A DNA stretch of 58,819 nt, counting the filler, from Basidiobolus ranarum (taxonomy: Eukaryota): assembly GCA_040143965.1 (NCBI GenBank). It is 5 parts of 5 records of this genome, joined end to end, with 100 filler letters (N's around TTAATTAATTAA, not from the genome) between each part and the next. Parts side by side here need not be neighbours in the genome. Positions count along the whole stretch, not along the records: positions 23,605 to 35,283 come from JASJQH010007470.1; positions 35,384 to 47,058 come from JASJQH010007471.1; 3 more parts are not named here. One strand, 5' to 3'. Positions 24,349-37,219 of this stretch are shown here, in pieces; the stretch's first letter is position 1; the number at the start of each line of letters is the position of its first letter. The position numbers and the translations under genes were made by a program. The notes under the pieces are model-generated. The model saw only the letters and a program-made list of their open reading frames with translations, searched no databases and was not told the DNA's origin.

Positions 24349-24642
24349 ATGATTTCTTTCCCACCCGCAGTCTCCAAAACTCACCATGTTTCAGGGAACC
24401 CTGTAGGTAATAATGACCTGCCCGTTAGCAATTATTATGACCTGGATCTCTACCCCAAACTGCTCAGAGAGTTTGAAAATCACCGGAACCACGACCAGCA
24501 TCAAGTACTATCTACTGCTTCACCAATAAACTACGATCTCTATCCTTCCTTAATGCGAGAAGTGGAGAACCATGGTACACAGAAGCAGCGCGATCAGCTT
24601 CATGACTGGGAATTTCGTAGTACCCATAAGAACTGGTCCTAA
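24349..24642 (+). CDS. Small orphan protein (97 aa) with a duplicated YDLYPxLxRExENH motif
   Basis: TATAAA at about 24288, start context CTATTACAATG, an internal repeat conserved at protein level, and AATAAA downstream at about 24846. Confidence 0.55.
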   Translation: MISFPPAVSKTHHVSGNPVGNNDLPVSNYYDLDLYPKLLREFENHRNHDQHQVLSTASPINYDLYPSLMREVENHGTQKQRDQLHDWEFRSTHKNWS

Positions 24643-25734
24643 TAACCCTGCCAGCCCAAATACTCTTATCTACAGCTATAGTGAAGCACCCGTATGCGTT
24701 CAATTAAATAGACTACTTCCTGAATCTGTTGATTCCATTTGTAATGACAGCTAGTTAGATTCTCTTAGTTAGTCGCAATTAGTACTGATTTTATCCCAAA
24801 TCACTATTACATGAAGTGGTATGAGCTTCAACAGTAAATATTGTTAATAAATATCTGTATTACTCCATCCGATCACTTTCTCTGCATATCTGATGCTTGT
24901 GACTGGAATTTATATGACACTTGAATTACGCAAAAAATGACAGTAACCCCACACACTAAGGCCCCCATATACCCGCGCTTTCACCTAGTTTGCGAAGCGC
25001 AATTCAGAAGAAAATTGTCCAATACAAGCTCGGGTCCCGAAAGGTGTCGGTCAGCGATACGTCAATCATTGGCTTAAGATATCATGCTATTGAGATCGTC
25101 TAGTAAGTACGATAATAACGTTTTACTTGAAATATCGTCGAATATGCTGAATTTGCACCACTTAGTGTAAGCTAATTGGCTCGCTTTTAAGGTTCCAAAT
25201 GAAATGAAATACGATACGTCTCGAGCTACTTTGTGACACTGCAATAGTTCAGACAAAGTTTTAAAGCTAAACTGATAATCGCATACATGATTGCTTGTTT
25301 GTAGACAAGGTAAACAGGCGATTGGATATTGAGCTCCGTTGGGTCGCTTTAATTGGCTCCCCTGCACTATTCTCCTTTCTGTTGAAAAGCGATATTGTGG
25401 AAACGCAGCAATGGTAAAAATAAATTCCAGGATTTAATTCGGTTGGGTCAATGTTGTGAAGCTTGTGGTATTATGCTCTGTCTCAATGATGACATACAAA
25501 CATCTATTTACAAATATGAATGGCTATTGAATAGGTTCCCATTAATAAGTCCACTTATTTGGTGTTAACACTCGACTCGGTATCCAAGGTTATTGGATAG
25601 CTTTCTGTTTTAATCATTGTGAAACGAAACATTCTTTATGCTATCGAGTATGAAGTTTCCTTTTTATATTACTAGGAACGCCCTTCAGTAGTTCCTAGTT
25701 TAGATGCGTTGAGCTCTATCTCTTCCTAACCATA

Positions 25735-27586
25735 ATGAATCATTCACATTCAAACGCCAAACGGGAAGCTAGAGATAATGGTTACGTGGTTTTGAACGAA
25801 CTACACGAGGACTTCATTGGTAAGATTTACTTACACGTTCCTTGTTAAAAGAGACTTTAGGAGAGTTAAATAGTAATGTAAATACAGGGGGATATGGTGA
25901 GCTTGACACCCCATTCGAGCTCAACGAAAACAAACGCACAGGCTCTAACTTTGGTGCCTACTTTAATATAGTGTAACGATTTCACTTTTACTCATCCATT
26001 TGACTACCAACAATGAGTGCTTACTTTCTTGCATCTGTCCAATTTTAGTTGTGTCATTGCTGGTACAGGGACTATATCCTTTTTAACATGACCTGTTAAT
26101 CCCGTTTTCTTTCGTAAGTCTACCATTATGCTTAACAACAATGAACCTGCAGATACCTTTTGCTTTACGACAAGTCGGGTGGCTTGGTATACCGCTCATT
26201 TTTCTTGGCGCAGCAGTGGCAGCATATACTGGTGTTTTGCTGATAAAATGCTTATATTACAAAGGGTAAGTAGTCACATGTCTGATAATTGATGAAAACC
26301 ATATTGAGCTGTACATAGAGGAGCCAGATTGGATGGATTTCCAGCGATTGGTGAAGCAGCCTTTGGAAGTTTTGGGAGGATGCTTGTCAATGTATTTTAC
26401 TATTCAATCCTTGTGGGTGGGGCGTGTGTCTACTTGATTCTTTCTGGTGTCAATATTAATCAGATTGCGGAGGCTCATGGATCTACCGTTAGTTTAACCA
26501 CATGGTACTTCACATTTTGAATGTTATTTCCTATGGGGATTCGTCTTATTTTCTTGAATTTAAGGATTACTGTCGCTTCACTCATAATATGGGCCCCATT
26601 TGTAGCATGTAAAAGTCTTAAAGAAGTTGCCATCTTAGCGTAAGATACTCTCAATAACTGCATCGACATAATTACACAATATACTTAAATGATTTATAGA
26701 ATTTTTGGCGCGGTAGCTACCGGTATAGTGGTCGTCGTAACTGTGGTGGTAGGCCTCAAGGACTTGGCAAATCAAACCAATTTTACTCCGACTCACGATT
26801 TGTTAATCGTGCCTAATATTCCCCTGGCTCTGGGCTCTATTGGATTTTCATTTGGTGGAAACGTAATTTATCCACATGTCGAAGAAACGATGAGAAATCC
26901 TAGAGCTTGGCCCAGGGTTCTTTTTACAGCTATGGCAACGTGTTGTCTCATGTATACACTCATCGGTGTTGTAGGATATTGGGTCTATGGAAGCATGACA
27001 GTGTCTCCGATTCTGCTCAACTTGCCAATAGGTTTGCGGGAGATTTTGATAGGACTAAGTATCTCTTTTATGTAACTGATCTATAACTCTATCTAGGGTT
27101 TGCTACTACTTTGGCTACCATCTTGATCACTCTTCATGTCATTGTTGCCGCCCCCATCTACCTTACGAGCTGTGCTCTCGAGGTGAAATTTTCCTTCTAC
27201 TTGCCTGGAAGACCATGCGTTTTAAACCTACTTGTATTTTTTAGCTAGAAGCTATCCTAAAAATTGACCGAAAGTACCATTCCCCAAGAAATGAATTTAT
27301 CTTCCGATTTCTTCTTCGCACAGGAATCATGATAGCTTTGACGTGTGTAGGAATGACGGTTCCTTTTGTAGACGACTTGATGTCACTCATTGGAGCTTTA
27401 GCGACATGCATGATATTATTTATTCTCCCAATTGTATTCTATTGGAAATTGTTTGGGTTCAAAGTGATGGGCAAGCTCGAGATAGCCTGGTGCGTATTTA
27501 TCATCATTTTTGGGATTATCGGGTGTGTATTTGGGACGCACGCAGCGCTTCGTAAATTGCTGTTGGATCTTGCTTTGCAATCCTAA
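25735..27586 (+). CDS. Amino-acid transporter, Aa_trans/AAAP (Avt1-like) family; multi-exon
   Basis: GSNFGAYFNIVCVIAGTGTLQIPFALRQVGWLG, IGEAAFG, FSFGGNVIYPHVEETMRNP, LMSLIGA. One intron is AT-AC. Confidence 0.9.
26074..26146 (+). other. U12-type AT-AC intron in the amino-acid transporter gene
   Basis: 5' ATATCCTTTT, branch-like ATGCTTAAC about 10 nt from the 3' AC. Removal of 73 nt restores the conserved TM1 motif AGTGT|LQIPFAL in frame. Confidence 0.88.
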
Positions 27587-28413
27587 TTGAACTATAACCT
27601 GAAGTCATCATTCCCCCCTACGTTCTATAACACAACTTTAACAGGAGCACTGGGGACAGCATCCATTCTTACGCCAGTTTATAAAACGACTGGTTTGAGA
27701 ATATTTTTCTTGGTGTTTGTGTTTCTCTCATGCTTGAATTCTATATCATTATCATCGTGCACATTCCTCTTCATTGAGTGTCGACAGAATGTTCCTCTTA
27801 ATAATAGATAGTAGGTTCAATCACTTTATTACATAACAAAAATCTACCTTCATACTAGAGTTTAAAGCAACCATGATCTTTATTTTTCTTGGAAGATCTC
27901 AAACAATAAAAAGTACTATCCTTGAAAGTTGCTTTGACTGAATTAACAAACCAAGATGGCGGTTGTGCTCCTTTTCTATATTTTCACATGTACTTCACGT
28001 TGGCTTTTAGAGTCATGATATACTTGCAGCGAAAACCGCCTTTTCTCACTTGAAATCTAGACGTTTATAGAGGTGAATGCGGGAAGTGTAGGTAACAACG
28101 ATGTGCTACCACTGATGGCTCGATGGTAAGAATGCTGTGTGGGATTTATCACTGTAATTAATCCAATCGTTAAGCTGCCTAGTGTATTCCAACTTCTAGT
28201 ATATTTTTAATCAGGAACCTGGAACCATCCCATCCCATTCCATCGAAATAGGTAGAAGATATAAGCAACTCCCATCATTATATGACCGGAACGGGCAATA
28301 AGCTACCACATATCTAAAAATACTGCAGTATCAAAGGTGGTGTCAGAAATATGTTTTATTAACTAGTATTTACCGCTCTCCATAAATGTTGAAGGGTATG
28401 ATCGACAAGGGAT

Positions 28414-28758
28414 TTACAAATTCTTGAAAAAGTCCTTCACTTTACTCATGATTGGGTTATGTGGGTGCTGATCATCAGCGATGTCTGACATGGTGATGTT
28501 GTTTTGTTGGTGGAAAGAAGCAGTTTTCATCATTCCCGAGTTCTGCTCAATGGGATTGATTATGTGGGCGTGTTCTTCGGTTGCAAGATCAGGTTCATTG
28601 ATAGCACTATGAATGGATGATTGGCCCTGTAGTAAGGTGTTTGTGTCAGTAGTGGGAACCATTTGCTCAGAAGCCAGGGTATTCTTAGGCCGGAAAGAGT
28701 CAGGAGTGTCAGATTTAAGCGCACCAGAGGCGAAATCAAAGTCTTTGTCGGATTCCAT
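28414..28758 (-). CDS. Small hydrophilic orphan protein (114 aa), paralog of 30080..30394
   Basis: TATATAAG about 50 nt upstream. C-terminus MMKTASFHQQNNITMSDIADDQ..KVKDFFKNL is shared with the paralog. Confidence 0.75.
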   Translation of the reverse strand: MESDKDFDFASGALKSDTPDSFRPKNTLASEQMVPTTDTNTLLQGQSSIHSAINEPDLATEEHAHIINPIEQNSGMMKTASFHQQNNITMSDIADDQHPHNPIMSKVKDFFKNL

Positions 28759-30079
28759 GTTGAGATATGCTGGGTTATTGAGCGACTGGGTACAATGTGT
28801 CCTCTTATATATCTCGGTAGCTGGAGCACCAGGTTCCAGAAGGTGACGTAGAGTGGGAGCGAGGAATGGGTACAGTCATGGCTGTATGATTTTGTCCTTT
28901 TTCAAAGCTCAGGATTGCCGATGAAGATCAAGAGTTGAGCGCCAAAATAGGGACTAATTACCTTGAGTACAGCACCTGTCTCTGCCTATATCATTTGAGA
29001 CTCTTTAAAACCCTCACCACTCATCAGTGACAATGACTGATCATCAAGCCATCCTGTTATCGCATCACCGATATGCTAGACAAAATGAAAATTCTCCTCA
29101 GTATCGGTCCAATGACTTGGTCGTCTTGTATTTAGCTACGCGAATCGCTCGATCGTCGAGTTCAGTCAATTCTAAAATCTCGATGATAATGGTCGATTTG
29201 GTACAGTACGGTTGCGTCAATCATATAGTTCGCTTAGATACTGAGAGGGTAAATCAAATACAGTTTGCTTAGGTATTGCACCCAATACCATCCATCGGAT
29301 AAGTGTAGCAAGCACTATACGAGCGCTCACTATCCAGTAGCTAATTCTTGTGACCAAGGATCTACAACTCTCAGCTTCTCTATTCTGATTGACTCAATAC
29401 TGGCTATCCAATCGACCATCGCTTTAGAACGGAGTGTCTTTGGCTCCTCGAGTGACCGTGCGTTTTTCACATGTGACAAGGATGTTTCAGTGTTCTTAAT
29501 CAAACAGCTCCCATTCTTTACACTGTGTTTCATCCAACTTGCTGCTTCTTTCGACGATGAGCTGAAACAGTATGTGGAATGGCTATGAGGCGGGCAAATA
29601 TAGTACGCCTCTGGTCGTGACTGTCATCGAGATGCTACGAGCTAATACGTGCTTCAGCCATCGAGACACCAAATCCCACGCGGCGGGACTGAAAAGTGTT
29701 AACCCATCAATCCTGATTAGCTTGCATATTACTGAGGGTCAATGGATGAAGTCATACCCTTCCACAGGTCGGTCTGTGTTGCATAGGGCACAATGAATGA
29801 GGTCACCATATGTCAGCCTCTGAGAGGAAAGAAAGTCCTCCAACAAGTTAAATGTTAGGAACTACCAATGTAGCAACTACGACGACGATAGTATCAATTC
29901 AACGGATTCTTAGTGGTTTGATGTCTCACTTGGGTGGATATGACGGATCTCTGTGGATGGGACAGGAGGAAATGAAACTAGGGAATGATCAGAGTAGCAA
30001 CGCGATGCATGTGTATATAAGACAGAGAACTGTAGGAGCAATCTCATTACTCATTTATTCTCTATCACCCACTATTACA

Positions 30080-30394
30080 ATGCAGGATTCTAGATTTGAC
30101 ATATTTTCTGGCGTCGCTAGTGAAGAGTTTGGCACCGCTCTCGGTCATGCTGCAGAAAGTTCCGGCAGAAACAACATCGATTCCCATTCAGTTGAGCAAA
30201 CCAGCCAGTTGGAGAGCCTTTCGACTGAAGAGAAACCTATCAAACAAGGGCTGGTTGAGGAACCCGAGTCTACAATGATGAAAACCGCTTCATACCATCA
30301 AAAGAATAATATCACCATTTCTGACATTGCTGATGATCAATATCCGCCCTATCTTACTTTGGGGAGAATCAAAGATTTCTTCAAGAACCATTAA
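30080..30394 (+). CDS. Small hydrophilic orphan protein (104 aa), paralog of 28414..28758
   Basis: TATATAAG at about 30014 places the start at ATG 30080, not 29852. C-terminus MMKTASYHQKNNITISDIADDQ..RIKDFFKNH. Confidence 0.75.
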   Translation: MQDSRFDIFSGVASEEFGTALGHAAESSGRNNIDSHSVEQTSQLESLSTEEKPIKQGLVEEPESTMMKTASYHQKNNITISDIADDQYPPYLTLGRIKDFFKNH

Positions 30395-32605
30395 TCATGC
30401 AATCCATTTGCCATTCAGCCAGAATCCGTGAGCTACTTTGTTAAAAATTTGTCCTACTTGTCCTTCTTCTTACATACTGTGTATAGCTATTACCAAGTGT
30501 TAAATAAATTCTTTGAAAACTGTCTTTTACCCCAGTACCTTGTGTCTAAACTAAGCATCTGCTATGGGACACGGTCATAAGATATTTGATGTGTTGATGG
30601 ACTAATGGGTATACTATATAACTAATAGTGCTGCAATAACCATACCAACAAAATACTTTAGCTGACCTACAGAAGTACTTGTGCAAAAATAAAGTGGGAA
30701 ATGATAGGCTCTTCGGGCGTGTGTTCGTTTTGGCGTGCCAGGTGGAAATGAGAACTTTCGAGAAAATCGATTTTGTTTTTATTCCTTGGTTACTAGCGAA
30801 TCCTCATCTGTATAGATTTGATTGTTCAGGGTAACATTAAAACCACCTAAATAATCTCCTATCGATCTTACATCTAACCCTTTGAATTTTGCAGTTGCAT
30901 TAGCTACTAGACTGCGAGCATACTATAATACAGAGAAATGGCGTTTTGTCGGTTAGGTACATGGCTCTAACACTTGTAATTAACTTAAAACCCGTGTGAG
31001 ATTTCAATACTATGGAGATGCATGTTAGCCAACCACTAATATCGATAATAACTCAAACTAGCAGATTGACTGCTCATCAGCAAAGCTCATGATTATTGGA
31101 GTGATTGGGTCAGAGATAAGTACTGCTGCCTGTACTAAAAGTAGTAAGGTAAAATGCACGCTCAAGAATCACGATTCAATGCTTCGAATTACATAACTAC
31201 ACGTTACACCGCGACTTCGTGAACTAGAGTCTCATCTATTGATGGAGGCATGCAACAAGCCTGAAAAACCACTACCTATAATACTCATCGTGACGGCTAT
31301 CGTTTGTAGCTCAAATCCACTCACTACCTTTGAGTTATTACTTAACGGCGGCGCAATCGCAGGAGAAAAGTGGCGTAGAGCAGCTCTGACATGTTGAAAA
31401 GTGAAGACTCAACAGGGATATGTTTGTAAGTGAAGGGGAAACACGATTTCACCATTGATCTATGCATTGGTCTGGTACGCTCAGCCAGCATTTTTATGGC
31501 AGATTACTAAGGATTCTTCGCAGTACTTCGTTAGGTGTTTTGTAGCATAGCCATCTATAACCTCATGAATATGCCCTGAAACAGCTCACCATCGATTTCA
31601 ATTCATTTATCACTACTCTTACAGGTTTGGAAGTCATTCTTATCTAAGAGATGTTACCTTTGTTTCAACTTGGGAACATTTCAAACTATGAGCAGCAGAG
31701 CAATCTTTATAGTCACGATTTGACAAAGTTCAATGAACGAGTGGCCTATCACTGCTGGTGGGGATGGATGCTAGCCAACACATGCAAGTCTACAAAAGCC
31801 ATTCTTTACTAATTAAAATAAAATCACATTTAGTTGGGAACTAGACTGCAAGTGTTACAATCCATTGTTCACAGCATCCTTCAGCATATCCAAGAGTGGT
31901 TAAATATTGATGCTCGGAAATCATCTCATGGGTTTCGGATGATTATTCAAATACGCATAAGCACGAGCAAAGAAGAGGTGATACTACGTGCATTGGAAGC
32001 CAAAGTGAGCACTTGGACGGGAAAACATTCAGAAATCTATCTCCACATCTATTTCTGTACGACCTAGGTTGTTCTAACCTCTGCTGCATCGCATTGCATC
32101 GTTTAACGATATCCGCGAACTTAGTCATAATTCTCAAATATCCTCTTCCGTATTTTCCCCGCACCTTTCTCCAACTACGTTGAGATTGCCAGACATTTGC
32201 GTTTGAGCGGAGTAAGGATCTTACCAATAAAACCAAGTATCATTATCGTCTGATTTTATTTTAGTATACTCAATTGACCAATATGTGCCTCCTTAAAATA
32301 TACTTGGATACTTATTTTAGAGTATCACTGGATTTCAATCGTCCGTTAGGAATTAATATGTTTTTGTCTGTTTGTGTCGCATCCTATGTGACTTGCCAAA
32401 TTCTCCAGCAGTACAAATACCACATCGCCCCCGTATTCTTGAACTCTAGACTTTTTGCAGTGTCGTCTCTACTCTCTACTTTCTGAGCCTTAAGACGTTT
32501 CAAGTACTTTCTTCTCGACCCTAGCTTGCCGCCACCAGGAGTCAGCATTCTATATTCAGTCCTTACCTTGCTACTCTTTGAATTCCCTTAATAATTGTCT
32601 AGATC

Positions 32606-33844
32606 ATGTTCCAATTCGGCAGATTTGATGAGATTTGTAGTACATTATCGTTAACCCTATGTCCCTTAGTGGGCCCTGCCACCACTCGAACAGTTCCCAT
32701 GTGTTATTCGCGGAACGTTGACATTGGAGGATTCCTGATATTCCAGCCTGGTTCGCATTTGTTAAATTTGGTAGAATAATCACCAGTTGAGTTGACTTGA
32801 TTTCTTTGAACATATAGGCTCGTTTGCCATGTATATGGTCACTCTTGTGATGACCATTATCATGATTTATAACATCAAAGTCAAATACACAGCAGTGGGT
32901 TAGTGTCTGCTACAGCTGATTTTTATTTGGTCCAAACCACTAATTCGCCTGTTGACTACTTCCGTTTCAATAGGACGAAAAGAGATGGTGATGTTCTTTT
33001 ACTTTTACACCGCAACAACGTTGCTGGAGATGCTCCTTATAGCCGGGATCATACCCATCAGCTCTATACTCTACAAGGTAAGAGGCGGTTGCTAATATTA
33101 GTGATCCCATTGCGTATCTGATGTGTATATTAGTACTTCGCAGCCGGCCACATGGGACTCATTTCTGCCACTGTCTGGTGCCTTCTCTTAAATGGATTCG
33201 TGGGCTTTCAATGGGCTGAGGATGGAACTCCACTATCACTCTGGGTAAATAGACTTTATTTATGAATCACAGCGTCGTCAGTCATTAACACAGATGCTAT
33301 TGTATCTAGTCCATGCGTGTTTCTTCATTCCTGGTGCTAGGAGTTATGTCCTTCATCGCATTTGCAACTTTTGATGATTTACTGGGAATCTTCGATTCAA
33401 ACAAACCATTGATCCTATGGATAGTGTACTTTTTCTTCAACGGTGCCGCAATGTGTATCTATTTCATTCTCCAGGTTCTCCTGGTAGTCAATACTTTGGA
33501 CGATCTTTGGCCTTTAGGTAAGCAATCATAACGATCTATATTCTTCAACATTCCTTTTCTTCTTTACTAATGAGAGTATATTGGGGGTTCTAGGTGGGAT
33601 TATCTTCGCTGGAATTTCCTTTGTAGCTGGACAAGTGGCATTACTCTTATTCTCTAGAGAGATCTGTGAGACTACGTCCCATTACCTTGACGGTCTGTTC
33701 CTTAGTGTGTTATGTTCTCTATTCGCAGTCATGATGATATATAAGTACTGGGATTCCATCACCCGTGATGACTTGGAATACACTGTTGATTGTAGAACCG
33801 ATCAATGGGAGTTAAACGGAGCGATGAACTCAAGTAAACAATAG
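32606..33844 (+). CDS. CHS7: Chitin synthase export chaperone Chs7; multi-exon
   Basis: [62 protein letters not shown] and [16 protein letters not shown]. Confidence 0.93.
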
Positions 33845-34599
33845 TAACCTTTTTATTTCAAAAAATGTACCAAACATACAGCTACCAACACTCTAATCCT
33901 CTACTTCAACTACGTTGATATGCCGAATTTTGGAGTTTCTTCCTCTCACTTGGCTTCTCTTCTGCTCTTTCTTTCCCTTTTTAAACAATCCCAAATTTTG
34001 TGTATCGAAAGTAACCTACTTTCTCTTCAACATTTCACCCCTTTAACTTATTGTCGTAAGCACAGACGTGCGTGTAATCTATCTCACCTTTATTTACTTT
34101 TAAACCAGTGGTTTTCTGGTTACGAATTATTAATCTCTACTTGAAAAAGGACCCTTTTGAAGTCAACATAGACTCATCATTCATGACTATCTCATAGTAT
34201 TTACCTTCAATATCTCTCTTATATAAATGAGGTATTAAATCAAAGTGCAGCGCAGTTAACCATTTGTATCAAGAGCAAAGCAAAAATTATCATAACTTTG
34301 AGCAAGTTAACATCAAGCGGAAGCTCAATCTAATCTAATCTAATCCGATTTATTTACAATTATTTTAGCTTTAACTACATGCATGTGGCTATTTATATCT
34401 ATGCATATATATATTCCTGGATTCACTCCCCCCTCCATCTTCCCCACTCTTTTTCTCACAAATCCATCATCTGTGAATACGAATTTGAAATATAAAAAGA
34501 ATTTAATGAAAAACTGCTCTGAAGTTGCTAAGCCATTCAAGAACATCGATAACGTATCTATTATCTAGCTTCTATTTCTCTTAACTTTTTATTACAGCC

Positions 34600-35283
34600 A
34601 TGCCAAACCCTCAAAACCTACCACTTCCTATATTAGATTTCCAACAGTTTCAAACCGACCCTACCAATTTCGTTCAACCGCTAAAAGAGGCCTTATTCAC
34701 CACAGGTTTCTTCTATCTTAAGAACCACGATATACCAAAAGAGAAGATTCAAAAGCAGTTCCAAAGGGTATTTGTATTGGTTCCCAAAAACAAGAATATA
34801 TATATTTTTAATCAAGAGGAATTTCTCTAACATCTCTATAACTTTCTTTCCAGAGTAAGGACTTCTTTCAACAAGATAAAAGCGTTAAAAGTGAAACCCC
34901 AATTAGTTCTAATAATGCCGGTTACTCTGCCGCGGGTGTAGAGAAGTAGCGAATATGGATTCGGGTATTCTAGTATGTCTTTCAGTGTAAACTAATCTCT
35001 CTCTTATAGACTTGACCCAAAACTGGGTGTGGATTTGAAAGAGTATATTTTAATCTAGAAAAATGACTGATCTATTTAGATTAACCCTAACTAACTACTT
35101 CTATATAGAGCCTTCAACTTTCGACTCTTCCCAGAAAGTGAACGAACCAGACTCCCAACGATATTTGCAGAGCACGAGGAGGAGATAATAGGATTCTATA
35201 AGGTGGTTGAAGAATGATTTGGGAGATTTCTTTGAAGATACTAATCAATTATCCGAATTTAGGCGTGCCACAACCTATGCTCC
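34600..35283 (+). CDS. 2-oxoglutarate/Fe(II) dioxygenase (DIOX_N type), 5' part, truncated by gap
   Basis: LPILDF..LKEALFTTGFFYLKNHDIP, then spliced NNAGYSAAGVEKLDP..DLKEAFNF. Confidence 0.85.
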
Positions 35284-35383
35284 NNNNNNNNNNNNNNNNN
35301 NNNNNNNNNNNNNNNNNNNNNNNNNNNTTAATTAATTAANNNNNNNNNNNNNNNNNNNNNNNNNNNNNNNNNNNNNNNNNNNN
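35284..35383. other. Assembly spacer (N run with TTAATTAATTAA linker)
   Basis: Same 100-nt construct. Confidence 0.98.
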
Positions 35384-35971
35384 TTTTATACGTTTATGAA
35401 CAGTTGTCATTTAGCACACTTTTCCATCTCATAAACTATTTCTTGCACTGACAAGTGTTTTTTTTAGCAAACTTATACTTCAAAGTATATAGGACTATAC
35501 ACGAGCCTGTACCCTATACTAACACTTCTCTAATAATCTTTATATGTAAATCACCACTTTTATGTATTTGATATCAAACCTAAAGCTTCTAACAACTCTC
35601 CTTTGCGACTTTTGGCGTTTCATCAGCTCGAGGTAAAATAGTATCACTGACTGGGAAGTCATGTTTTGATCATTGTTAGTAAAACTGTTGCATATCGTAA
35701 CATGCTAATAGAGAATTTCCCGTATCCTAACACTTATAATAAAGGTGCAAATAATTGGACTGGAAGCATGTTTGAGAACTCGTTGGAGAGAGTAAGACTA
35801 TAGATGTTTTACTCTCGATTTAAACCATAAATATTTGGAATATATTATTAGAAATATGAGCTTGATACAATTCACATTTGGGCTCATGTTTATTGTAATT
35901 GAGTAAGCATGATCATAGATACAGCTATCAGGTTATACTGGCATAGGGAATACTGGAGAACTACTTAGAAC

Positions 35972-36598
35972 TCAGTGTCTATTGCCACTGAAATATCTAA
36001 TCTTGAAGGAGCGATGAGCAAATTTCTTGTATTTCTTGTAGGCTCTTCTGGGACGGTACATTGGCCACTGAGGAATGATGATCTGGGGTTGAGGTGGCTG
36101 AGCTGGTTGGTATATAGTCTGGTCAACCAACTGAGCTTGATCAAATTGATTCGAGTTGGACAGTGCCTGACTACCTTGAGATGCGTGGCCTTTCACTTCA
36201 TCTAGTAGTGCTTGTTTAGGCTGTAGTTGGCTCAAGTCAACATTCCATGCAGAAGGAGTGCCTTGGGCCCGATCTTCAGATTGAGATTGTTCACCTTCAA
36301 CCGGGGCCTGGTCCATTTGACCTTCATCCAGGGTGGACTCCTCGTCTGCTGGCTGCTCTTCACTCTGTTGGTACATGGGCATCACTTGTGGTTGAACATA
36401 ACTATACTCCATTTCTTGTGGGGCTGCCTTATATTGTGGTTGTATATCGCAAGAGCCAACCTGTTGCCCACAAGATCTATCCTTGTAAGTGGTGCGTGCA
36501 ACTGCATTTGCAAATCCCGGTAAATTGTGGAGTGGTGCTGCCAATGTTCCTTGAGCCAAGATACATGAAGAGACCAAGAGAGTTAGGACGGTTTGCAT
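35972..36598 (-). CDS. Secreted Q/P-rich prepro-protein with cationic C-terminal tail, array copy A (208 aa)
   Basis: Start MQTVLTLL at 36598 by alignment and TATA position. Signal peptide, and tail RPRR-AYKKYKKFAHRSFKIRYFSGNRH. Confidence 0.85.
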   Translation of the reverse strand: MQTVLTLLVSSCILAQGTLAAPLHNLPGFANAVARTTYKDRSCGQQVGSCDIQPQYKAAPQEMEYSYVQPQVMPMYQQSEEQPADEESTLDEGQMDQAPVEGEQSQSEDRAQGTPSAWNVDLSQLQPKQALLDEVKGHASQGSQALSNSNQFDQAQLVDQTIYQPAQPPQPQIIIPQWPMYRPRRAYKKYKKFAHRSFKIRYFSGNRH

Positions 36599-37081
36599 GA
36601 TTGAGGTATATAGAATACGAAAGAAGCAGACGCTGTATAACGGAAAGGACCGACGAAGTTGTATTTTATACGTTAATGAAGAGTTGTCATTTAGCACACT
36701 TTTCAATCTCACATACTATTTCTTATATTAACTATTAGTCGCTGTATCTTGTACTTTAAAGTGTATAGACTATACGTAATCTTGCACCATATTCTAGTGC
36801 TTATCCAATGTGCTTTATATTAGAGTTAGTACTTATACGTATTAATTATCAAACCTTGAGCTACAAACACCTTTATAAATTATATCACTTGACTGGGTTG
36901 AGATTCAATGATATTAAGCCATAAAACTTAGATTCAACATACAAATAAGCAATTCTTCATGTCCATAGATCCGTAAGCTGATATATTATAAACTGTGTTT
37001 AAGCCAGAATTTATTGATATGAAGTAAACTTAATCGTAGCTACTGTGATCAGGTACTAACATGGGATATATTAGGACTCTG

Positions 37082-37219
37082 TGCTGTTACCACTAAAATA
37101 TCTAATTTGAAGGAACGATGAGCAAATCTCGTATTTATATAAGCTCTTCCGGGTCGGTATGTAGACCATTGAGGAAAGATTATTTGAGGTAGCTCAGAGT
37201 TATTTTCATAATGACCATG
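37082..37219 (-). pseudogene. Internally deleted remnant of the array gene
   Basis: ATGAAAATAACTCTGAGCT is joined directly to PQIIFPQW..RPGRAY..FAHRSF..YFSGN with frameshifts. TATA and TGACTC are retained upstream. Confidence 0.75.

Noticed and set aside
34600-36598. 2OG-Fe(II) oxygenase next to the peptide array as a RiPP-like tailoring enzyme
   Set aside because: The two are separated by an artificial spacer, so linkage is unproven, and the enzyme is a generic DIOX_N type.
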